Below, one piece after another: positions 26,901 to 38,285 of a DNA stretch of 64,000 nucleotides (positions within the stretch are counted from its first letter, which is position 1; each line of letters opens with the position of its first letter). The position numbers and the translations under genes were made by a program. Source of the DNA: Octopus sinensis (Eukaryota); NCBI RefSeq assembly GCF_006345805.1, contig NC_043001.1:130014001-130078000 (forward strand), given 5' to 3'. The notes under the pieces were generated by a model. The model was not told the DNA's origin, searched no databases, and was given only the letters and a program-made list of their open reading frames with translations.

Positions 26901-27846
26901 TAGCTTCATGTGCCTGCAACACAATCACAACTTCCTCCACTTTTCCCTGCAACAACTCATGAGAGTTTATTAAAGGTAACAGCTCAGCTTCGTCAAGCTC
27001 CAACAACATACCAGTGATCTTGCCAGCCTTATCTGGATAGATACCATGAACCAATGGAAAGAGAGTCTCACCAAGCATTTGTTTCTGTTCTTGTGGGGTA
27101 ATTGCTCCTATCATACTGGAGCTAAGTGGTTCTTGTCCTTTAATAGTCGTGATGTCAGTGGTAGCATGCTTCATAGCCTCATGTGCCTGCAATACAATCA
27201 CAACTTCCTCCATTTTTCCCTGCAACAACTTATGAGAGTCTATTAAAGGTAACAGCTCAGCTTTGTCAAGCTCCAACAACATACCAGTGATCTTGCTAGC
27301 CTTATCTGGATACATACCATGAATCAATGGAAAGAGAGTCTCACCAAGCACTTGTTTCTGTTCTTGTGGGGCAATTGCTCCTATCATACTGGAGCTAAGC
27401 AGTTTTTGTCCTTCAGTAGTCTTGATGTCAGTGGTAGCATTCTTCATAGCCTCATGTGCCTGCAACACAATCACAACTTCCTCCACTTTTCCCTGCAACA
27501 ACTCATGAGAGTCTATTAAAGGTAATAGCTCAGCTTCGTCAAGCTCCAACAACATACCAGTGATCTTGCTAGCCTTATCTGGATACATATTATGAATCAA
27601 TGGAAAGAGAGTCTCACCAAGCTTTTTTTTCTTTTCTTGAAGTGGTACTGCTGTTTTGATACTGGAGGAAAAATTATTGTTTTCATGGATGATCACCACT
27701 GCTTGCTGATTATTAGGTTGATCTAGCATCGACTGCATTGTACCCATAGGTCTGAAAGGTCTTATTGATCCGAATTTAAAGTTAAATCTGGTATTCTCTG
27801 ACTGCATTCTATTCATTTCTCTTGTGGTAAAAGGAGAGAAAGCCAT
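23887..27846 (-). CDS. Tandem-MLLE (PABC) domain protein, copy 1: 13 repeats, small frameshifts at 25190-25820, read-through hydrophobic tail
   Basis: ATG at 27846. Thirteen 273-bp units (YPDKA at ~27580, 27306, 27033, 26760, 26487, 26214, 25941, 25673, 25400, 25129, 24856, 24583, 24310). Unit consensus [78 protein letters not shown], versus PABPC1 [28 protein letters not shown]...[17 protein letters not shown]...KVDEAVAVLQAH (recalled). About 1321 aa if six missing bases are restored. Confidence 0.85.
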
Positions 27847-30800
27847 TGTTTGTCCTCTTTGTGCAGTGATCGGTCAAGAACCATGGTTGATGGAAACTGT
27901 ACAATGAGATCCTGTTTGATTAGCTGGTCTCATCTACTGTGTGAGCAAAGGCTGGTACATAGTGTCCTGCTGGGTTGAGGTTGGCCTAACAGTTGTCCAG
28001 CAATGAGGACCCAAGGCCATAAACTGTATTAGCAGAGAGGAATAGAATACTTTTCTTGAAACTTGGCTGGTATGAAGCAAAGGGTTAGGTTGCTGGCCTG
28101 GAAAATGGTATTGAATTAACTAAGTGGGCTTCTAATAATGTGTGTTCTCTTGAATATATCTCTAGATTATGTGGTATCAAGTAACCTACATGAGGAAATT
28201 TTAAGCAGAACAGTTGTCAGCAACAATCTAGGTGCTACTACCAGTTATCAACACTGCAACAATTGTATCTGACACACATGTTTCATAAGTGAGTCATAAT
28301 AATAGAAGTAGTGATAACAATATTATCAGTAGTATTCAAGCGAATGACCACAATGATAATTCTAGTAGCACCCATACTGACAATAATGATAATAATCATA
28401 TATGCAGGACCAGATTTAACCCTTTCGTTACTATATTTCTGACCAAAATACACCCCTCATGAGCTTCAATTAAATTCTAAAATAATCATGAATCTAGGCT
28501 TGTTTCATTAAATAACAGTAACTTTTTTACTTATCAACATATTAATGTGATATTTGGAACATAATTAAAGAAAGGATTCTTAATCAATTCTATTGCATAA
28601 CTTTTGTCTCAAAGTGACTTTAATTACAGGTAAATCCAGGTAAATTGAGCAAAAGCTAAAAATATTTAAATTTTAAATTGAGCAAATCGTAAAAAATTAA
28701 ATTTTGTTAAAACATCACTATAGAAAATGAATCATCAGCTAATATTCAAATGGGTATGCAACAAAATGTTGATAAAGAAGAATTGTGCATATCACTATAT
28801 CATCAGTTGAATTTAATCCACAACAGGTGTACCATAAAGGTGGAATAAAGTGAAATACTAGAATCCACCGTAAGTTTGACCGAACTAAAGAAATCGGTCA
28901 AAAAAATAATATACGGCCCTGGTTATGGTATGGAAGTGATAAATTCCAGACCACATCGTTCCCTAGGCCATGCTGACTAACATTTTCCCTGTATAAAAAC
29001 TAAATCCACGCAGTACCCAGTAATTTGCTTGACAAATTTTCCGAAATTTGATCCCTGATTTTGTGTTTGTTTACGTTCTGCGTAAGTTTGTTTCCGCATT
29101 GATCGCTTCATTTTGGTCCCACTGTTGTAAAGAACGTTTTTATTATTGTACAGAATCCACTTTACAGAATTGATTTAGAGATCATATTTAAAATACAAAA
29201 AGGTGTTCCTTATGGAATTGGGACATTTCATCTAAAGTTCATCCGATTTGTTAATAATTTTACTTGAACATTTAAAAAGTTTCAATTATTCCATGCAGCA
29301 GAGGTTACACAATTATCAGTTGTTAAAGTAAGGCTTAGCATGTTTCACAATACTCCAGGTAATATGGAAGACAACATTATTATCCTTTAACTCCCAGATT
29401 TTTGCAGCAAGTGAAGTAGTTTTAACCTTATTCCTTCCTTTAAAGGTGTGAGTGTTGTTATGTGATCTCAGTTTGAAGGGGAAGGAGGTAGAACCTATAC
29501 AGGTTAAAGTATTCTGGTTAGTGTAAATCATACATTTGTAAATAATACTTTTAGCTAGGCCCTTATTATTAAGAGGGCACTAAAATTTATTTCTACAATT
29601 ACATAGTTTTGATGGCAGAGTAGTAGGGCTATTACAAGTACAGGTAATTGGGTTATTATGTTGCAGATAGTTAGCATCACTAGAATTACTATTGTTGTTA
29701 AGCCTACCAATTCTACAAGCACCATTGAATAAATATAACTGTTATCATTAGTATAGTTGCTGTAATTGTTATTATTTATATAAGAATCACTGTGGTCACT
29801 ATCAATAGTATTACCATCAGCATTACAAATATGAGCACTATTATTATTATTATTATTATTATTATCATTATTATTATTATTATTAGTGGTATTGGAGCTA
29901 ATAAAATGTCATTGTTGTCTTTTGCATGAATACTATTGATAATATTGTTACCAGTACATCAGTATAATTAGTATAAAATTAAACTTTCAATTTTAGTTTC
30001 AATACAACTATACTTATTAAGAGGAAAATATTTTTGTGAAATACTAAAAATTTTCTTGGCAAGTTGCATAACAATATAGTAGTCATAATGTTACTACTAC
30101 ATCATCATCATCATCATCATTTAAGGTCTGTTTTCCATGCAGGTGTGGGATGGACATTTTGACCAGGGCTAGCAAGCTATGGGCTGCACCAGGCTCCAGT
30201 CTGATTTGGCATGTTTTCTATGGCTGATTCCCTTCCTAATACCAACCACTCTGAGATTGTAACGGGTGCTTTTACGTGCTACTAGCATGGGTGCCAGTCA
30301 CCTGACACCAGTATCTGCCATGACAATGATTTCCCTTGGCTTGATGGGTCTTCTTCTCAAGCACCGTATATTGCTAAAGGTCTCAGTCATTTGTCATTGC
30401 CCCCATGAAGCCCAGCACTCGAAAGGTGATTTTTACACACCACCTGCACAGGTGCCAGTTATGTGACACCAGCATAAAACTACCTAAAATACAGAGTAGA
30501 TAAAACTCCAGAAAGTGATAAGTGCAGAATCTGTGGACAAAATGGTGAAACCTTATGCATATTACCAGCCAATATAAGCCATTAGTCTCAGAAGAATATA
30601 AGAGATGCCATGACAATATAGTAAGGCTTGTCCATTGGACACTTTGCAACAAGTATGGACTTGACAGAGAAAAAAATTAGTATGTCCATAATCCCGAAGG
30701 CATCATCGAAAATGATAATGCAAAGATCCTGTGGGATTTTATGATTCAGTGCAACCAAGAGATAGAGAATAGGAAGCCAGACATAAAAGCAAACTATGCT

Positions 30801-31390
30801 GGATCATAGATATAGCATGCCCAGCTGACAACAAGGTATGCAATAAGGAAGAAAGAAAAGTCAATAGATATGACGGGTTAGCTTGGGAGTTAAAGCAATT
30901 GTGATCAATGAAAAAGCTGGTAGTGGTAACAATAAATGTCGGAGCCCTGGGAACAGCGAGTAAAAACCTTGAAAAGTACATGGAACAAATAGGGGCTGCA
31001 ATAAGGATGGAGCACTTGTAGAAAATAGCACTGCTTGGAACCGCTCAAATACTCTAAAAGGTGCTCGAAAAATAAGAGGTGTTACCCTAGTCCACTGGTA
31101 GTGAACAGCTGACACCATAGTACATCTCCAGCATTAAAAGCTGTGCAAAGGCAATAATAATAAATAATAATAATAATAATAAATAATAATAATAACAATA
31201 ACAATAATAATGATAATAGTAACAATGAGAAATCAGTAGATAAACATAAATGATAAATAATATTAAATGTAATGATGGGAGAGGTAAAAAGAGTTTTTGT
31301 TTCGTTTCTTTTTCTGTTGCTATACTTCTCTGTGACTTGATGTGGTATTTTTTCTTTATCTTTTTCTTGATTTATTCTCTTCAGTCTTTC

Positions 31391-33462
31391 TTAATGACCC
31401 CTAGCCTTGATGGTAGCAGCTTCCTGAACCCGATATTCCCGCAATACAACCATAGCTTCTTCGACTTTAGCCTGCAACAACTCATGAGAGTCTATCAAAG
31501 GTAACAGCTCAGCTTTGTCAAGCTCCAACAACATACCTGTGATCTTGCCAGCCACGTATGGATAGATAGCATGAACCAATGGTAAAAGAGTCTCACCAAG
31601 CATTTGTTTCTGTACTTGTGGTGGTACTGCTGCTAACATACTGGAGCTAAGCATTTCTTGTCTATGATTGGTCTTGATGTCAGTGGTAGCATTTTTCTTA
31701 GCCTCATGTGCCTGCAACACAATCACAGCTTCCTCCACTTTAGCCTGCAGCGACTCATGAGAGTCTAATGAAATTAACAGCTCAGCCTCTTCAAGCTCCA
31801 ACAACATACCAGTGATCTTGCCAGCCTTATCTGGATACATGTTATAAATCAATGAAAAGAGAATCTCACCAAGCACTTGTTTCTGTTCTTGTGGGTCAAT
31901 TGCTCCTATCATACTGGAGCTAAGAGCTTCTTGTCCTTCAGTAGTCTTGATGTCAGTGGTAGCATCCTTCATAGCCTCTTGTGCCTGCAACACAATCACA
32001 ACTTCCTCCACTTTTCCCTGCAACAACTCATGAGAGTCTTTTAAAGGTAACAGCTCAGCTTCGTCAAGCTCCAACAACATACCAGTGATCTCACCAGCCT
32101 TATCTGGATACATGTTATGAATCAATGGAAAGAGAGTCTCACCAAGCACTTGTTTCTGTTCTTGTGGGGCAATTGCTCCTATCATACTGGAGCTAAGAGG
32201 TTCTTGTCCTTCAGTAGTCTTGATGTCAGTGGTAGCATCCTTCATAGCCTCTTGTGCCTGCAATACAATCACAACTTCCTCCACTTTCCCTGCAACAACT
32301 CATGAGAGTCTATTAAAGGTAATAGCTCAGCCTCTTCAAGCTCCAACAACATACCAGTGATCTTGCCAGCCTTATCTGGATACATATTATGAATCAATGG
32401 AAAGAGAATCTTACTAAGCACTTGTTTCTGTTCTTGTGGGTCACTTGCTCCTATCATACTGGAGCTAAGAGGTTCTTGTCCTTCAGTAGTCTTGATGTCA
32501 GTGGTAGCATTCTTCATAGCCTCTTGTGCCTGCAATACAATCACAACTTCCTCCACTTTTCCCTGCAACAACTCATGAGAGTCTATGAAAGGTAATAGCT
32601 CAGCTTCGTCAAGCTCCAACAACATACCAGTGATCTTGCCAGCCTTATCTGGATAGATACCATGAACCAATGGAAAGAGAGTCTCACCAAGCACTTGTTT
32701 CTGTACTTGTGGGGCAATTGCTCCTATCATACTGGAGCTAAGAGGTTCTTGTCTATGAATAGTCTTGATGTCAGTGGTAGCATCCTTCATAGCCTCATGT
32801 GCCTGCAACACAATCACAACTTCCTCCACCTTTCCCTGCAACAACTTATGAGAGTCTATTAAAGGTAACAGCTCAGCTTCGTCAAGCTCCAACAACATAC
32901 CAGTGATCTTGCCAGCCTTATCTGGATACATATTATGAATCAATGGAAAGAGAGTCTCACCAAGCATTTGTTTCTGTTCTTGTGGGTCAATTGCTCCTAT
33001 CATACTGGAGCTAAGAGGTTCTTTTCCTTTAATAGTCTTGATGTCAGTGATAGCATCTTTCATAGCCTCGTGCGCCTGCAACACATTCACAGCTTCCTCG
33101 GCTTTAGCCTGCAACAACTCATGAGAGTCTATTAAAGGTAACAGCTCAGACGTGTCAAGCTCCAACAACATACCAGTGATCTTGCCAGCCTTATCTGGAT
33201 ACATACCATGAACCAATGGAAAGAGAGTCTCACCAAGCTTTTTTTTCTTTTCTTGAAGTGGTACTGCTGTTCTGATAGTGGAGGAAAAATTATTGTTTTC
33301 ATGGATGATCACCACTGCTTGCTGATTATTAGGTTGATCTAGCATCGACTGCATTGTACCCATAGGTCTGAAAGGTCTTATTGGTCCGAATTTAAAGTTA
33401 AATCTGGTATTCTCTGACTGCATTTTATTCATTTCTCTTGTGGTAAAAGGAGAGAAAGCCAT
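31391..33462 (-). CDS. Tandem-MLLE domain protein, copy 2: 7 repeats, 690 aa if one base is restored
   Basis: ATG at 33462, TAA at 31391-31393. The only defect is one missing T in a T4 run at ~32285 (CCACTTTCCC versus CCACTTTTCCC in the other units). Terminal unit reads [39 protein letters not shown]...[17 protein letters not shown]. Confidence 0.88.
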
Positions 33463-36400
33463 TGTTTGTCCTCTTTGTGCAGTGATGGGTCAAGAACCAT
33501 GGTTGATGGAAACTGTACAATGAGATCCTTTTTAATTAGCTGGTCTCATCTACTGTGTGAGCAAAGGCTGGTACATAGTATCCTGCTGGGTTGAGGTTGG
33601 CCTAAAAGTTGTTCAGCAATGAGGCCCCAAGGCCCGAAACTGTATTAGCAGAGAGGATTAGAATACTTTTCTTGAAACTTGGCTGGTATGAAGCAAAGGG
33701 TTAGGTTGCTGGCCTGGAAAATGGTATTGAATTAACTAAGTGGGCTTCTAATAATGTGTGTTCTCTTGAATATATCTCTAGATTATGTGGTATCAAGTAA
33801 CCTACATGAGGAAATTTTAAGCAGAACAGTTGTCAGCAACAATCTAGGTGCTACTACCAGTTATCAACACTGCAACAATGGTATCTGACACAATGTTTCA
33901 TAAGTGAGTCATAATAATAGAAGTAGTGATAACAATATTATCAGTAGTATTCAAGCGAATGACCACAATGATAATTCTAGTAGCACCCATACTGACAATA
34001 ATGATAATAATCATATATGCAGGACCAGATTTAACCCTTTCGTTACTATATTTCTGACCAAAATACACCCCTCATGAGTTTCAATTAAATTCTAAAATAA
34101 TCATGAATCTAGGCTTGTTTCATTAAATAACAGTAACTTTTTTACTTATCAACATATTAATGTGATATTTGGAACATAATTAAAGAAAGGATTCTTAATC
34201 AATTCTATTGCATAACTTTTGTCTCAAAGTGATTTTAATTACAGGTAAATCCAGGTAAATTGAGCAAAAGCTAAAAATATTAAAATTTTAAATTGAGCAA
34301 ATCGTAAAAAATTAAAATTTTGTTTAAACATCACCATAGAAAATGAATCATCAGCTAATATTCAAATGGGTATGCAACAAAATGTTGATAAAGAAGAATT
34401 GTGCATATCACTATATCATCAGTTGAATTTAATCCACAACAGGTGTACCATAAAGGTGGAATAAAGTGAAATACTAGAATCCACCGTAAGTTTGACCGAA
34501 CTAAAGAAATCGGTCAAAAAAATAATATACGGCCCTGGTTATGGTATGGAAGTAATAAATTCCAGACCACATCGTTCCCTAGGCCATGCTGACTAACATT
34601 TTCCCTGTATAAAAACTAAATCCATGCAGTACCCAGTAATTTGCTTGACAAATTTTCCGAAATTTGATCCCTGATTTTCTGTTTGTTTACGTTCTGCGTA
34701 AGTTTGTTTCTGCATTGATCGCTTCATTTTGGTCCCACTGTTGTAAAGAACGTTTTTATTATTGTACAGAATCCACTTTACAGAATTGATTTAGAGATCA
34801 TATTTAAAATACAAAAAGGTGTTCCTTATGGAATTGGGACATTTCATCTAAAGTTCATCCGATTTGTTAATAATTTTACTTGAACATTTAAAAAGTTTCA
34901 ATTATTCCATGCAGCAGAGGTTACACAATTATCAGTTGTTAAAGTAAGGCTTAGCATGTTTCACAATACTCCAGGTAATATGGAAGACAACATTATTATC
35001 CTTTAACTCCCAGATTTTTGCAGCAAGTGAAGTAGTTTTAACCTTATTCCTTCCTTTAAAGGTGTGAGTGTTGTTAGTAGTGATCTCAGTTTGAAGGGGA
35101 GGAGGTAGAACCTATACAGGTTAAAGTATTCTGGTTAGTGTAAATCATACATTTGTAAATAATACTTTTAGCTAGGCCCTTATTATTAAGAGGGCACTAA
35201 AATTTATTTCTACAATACATAGTTTTGATGGCAGAGTAGTAGGGCTATTACAAGTACAGGTAATTGGGTTATTATGTTGCAGATAGTTAGCATCACTAGA
35301 ATTACTATTGTTGTTAAGCCTACCAATTCTACAAGCACCATTGAATAAATATAACTGTTATCATTAGTATAGTTGCTGTAATTGTTATTATTTATATAAG
35401 AATCACTGTGGTCACTATCAATAGTATTACCATCAGCATTACAAATATGAGAACTATTATTATTATTATTATTATTATCATTATTATCATTATTATTATT
35501 ATTATTATTATCATTATTATTATTATTATTAGTGGTATTGGAGCTAATAAAATGTCATTGTTGTCTTTTGCATGAATACTATTGATAATATTGTTACCAG
35601 TACATCAGTATAATTAGTATAAAATTAAACTTTCAATTTCAGGTTCAATACAACTATACTTATGAAGAGGAAAATATTTTTGTGAAATACTAAAATTTTC
35701 TTGGCAAGTTGCATAACAAAATTGTAGCCATCATGTTACTACTACTACATCATCATCATCATCATTTAAGGTCTGTTTTCCATGCAGGTGTGGGATGGAC
35801 ATTTTGACCAGGGCTAGCAAGCTGATGGGCTGCACCAGGCTCCAGTCTGATTTGGCATGTTTTCTATGGCTGATTCCCTTCCTAATACCAACCACTCTGA
35901 GATTGTAACGGGTGCTTTTACGTGCAACTGACATGGGTGCCAGTCACCTGATACCAGTATCTGCCATGACAATGATTTCCCTTTGCTTGATGGGTCTTCT
36001 TCTCAAGCACCGTATATTGCTAAAGGTCTCAGTCATTTGTCATTGCCCCCATGAAGCCCAGCACTCGAAAGGTGCTTTTTACACACCACCTGCACAGGTG
36101 CCAGTTATGTGACACAGCATATAAAACTACCTAAAATACAGAGAGTAAAAAACTCAGAAAGTGATAAGTGCAGAATCTGTGGACAAAATGGTGAAACCTT
36201 ATGCATATTACCAGCCAATATAAGCCATTAGTCTCAGAAGAATATAAGAGATGCCATGACAATATAGTAAGGCTTGTCCATTGGACACTTTGCAACAAGT
36301 ATGGACTTGACAGAGAAAAAAATTAGTATGTCCACAATCCCGAAGGCATCATCGAAAATGATAATGCAAAGATCCTGTGGGATTTTATGATTCAGTGCAA

Positions 36401-37032
36401 CCAAGAGATAGAGAATAGGAAGCCAGACATAAAAGCAAACTATGCTGGATCATAGATATAGCATGCCTAGCTGACAACAAGATATGCAATAAGGAAGAAA
36501 GAAAAGTCAATAGATATGACGGGTTAGCTTGGGAGTTAAAGCAATTGTGATCAATGAAAAAGCTGGTAGTGGTAACAATAATTGTCGGAGCCCTGGGAAC
36601 AGCGAGTAAAAACCTTGAAAAGTACATGGAACAAATAGGGGCTGCAATAAGGGTGGACCACTTTCAGAAAACAGCACTGCTTGGAACCGCTCATATACTC
36701 TGGCAGGTGCTCGAAAAATAAGAGGTGTCACCCTAGTCCACTGGTAGTGAACAGCTGACACCATAGTACATCTCCAGCATTAAGAGCTGTGCAAAGGCAA
36801 TAATAATAAATAATAATAATAATAATAATAATAACAACAATAACAATAATAATGATAAAAGTAACAATGAGCAATCAGTAGATAAACATAAATGATAAAT
36901 AATATTAAATGTAATGATGGGAGAGGTAAAAAGAGTTTTTGTTTCATTTCTTTTTCTGTTGCTATACTTCTCTGTGACTTGATGTTGTATTTTTTCTTTA
37001 TCTTTTTCTTGATTTGTTCTCTTCAGTCTTTC

Positions 37033-38285
37033 TTAATGACCCCTAGCTTTGATGGTAGCAGCTTCTTGACCCCGATATTCCCACAATACAATCATAGCTT
37101 CCTCGACTTTAGCCTGCAACAACTCATGAGAGTCTATCAAAGGTAACAGCTCAGCTTTGTCAAGCTCCAACAACATACCTGTGATCTTGCCAGCCACGTA
37201 TGGATATAGATAGCATGAACCAATGGTAAAAGAGTCTCACCAAGCATTTGTTTCTGTACTTGTGGTGGTACTGCTGCTAACATACTGGAGCTAAGCAGTT
37301 CTGCTATGATTGGTCTTGATGTCAGTGGTAGCATTTTCTTAGCCTCATGTGCCTGCAACACAATCACAGCTTCCTCCACTTTAGCCTGCAGCGACTCATG
37401 AGAGTCTAATGAAATTAACAGCTCAGCCTCTTCAAGCTCCAACAACATACCAGTGATCTTGCCAGCCTTATCTGGATACATGTTATAAATCAATGAAAAG
37501 AGAATCTCACCAAGCACTTGTTTCTGTTCTTGTGGGTCAATTGTTCCTATTGTACTGGAACTAAGAGGTTCTTTTCCTTTAATAGTCTTGATGTCAGTGA
37601 TAGCATCTTTCATAGCCTCTTGTGCCTGCAATACAATCACAACTTCCTCCACTTTTCCCTGCAACAACTTATGAGAGTCTATTAAAGGTAACAGCTCAGC
37701 TTCGTCAAGCTCCAACAACATACCAGTGATCTCGCCAGCCTTATCTGGATACATGTTATGAATCAATGGAAAGAGAGTCTCACCAAGCACTTGTTTCTGT
37801 TCATGTGGGTCAATTGCTCCTATCATACTGGAGCTAAGAGGTTCTTTTCCTTTAATAGTCTTGATGTCAGTGATAGCATCTTTCATAGCCTCTTGTGCCT
37901 GCAACACAATCACAACTTCCTCCACTTTTCCCTGCAACAACTCATGAGAGTCTATTAAAGGTAATAGCTCAGCTTCGTCAAGCTCCAACAACATACCAGT
38001 GATCTTGCCAGCCTTATCTGGATACATACCATGAACCAATGGAAAGAGAGTCTCACCAAGCTTTTTTTTCTTTCCTTGAAGTGGTACTGCTGTTCTGATA
38101 GTGGAGGAAAAATTATTGTTTTCATGGATGATCACCACTGCTTGCTGATTATTAGGTTGATCTAGCATCGACTGCATTGTACCCATAGGTCTGAAAGGTC
38201 TTATTGGTGCGAATTTAAAGTTAAATCTGGTATTCTCTGACTGCATTTTATTCATTTCTCTTGTGGTAAAAGGAGAGAAAGCCAT
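37033..38285 (-). CDS. Tandem-MLLE domain protein, copy 3: 4 repeats, 417 aa if indels are corrected
   Basis: ATG at 38285, TAA at 37033-37035. Indels at ~37335 (-1), ~37300 (-2) and ~37205 (+2). The corrected length is exactly 3x91 aa shorter than copy 2. Confidence 0.8.

Noticed and set aside
24140-27640. Regular repeats as a CRISPR array or satellite DNA
   Set aside because: The units are contiguous 273-bp in-frame coding repeats with no unique spacers, in a eukaryotic context.
24019-37958. Repeated plus-strand 62-68-aa ORFs ([17 protein letters not shown]...)
   Set aside because: These are antisense shadows of the 273-bp MLLE unit. They have no recognisable domain, whereas the minus frame matches MLLE.
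23887-38285. Naming these genes PABPC1/pAbp or UBR5
   Set aside because: No RRM1-4 or HECT sequence is present in the window, so no gene symbol was assigned.
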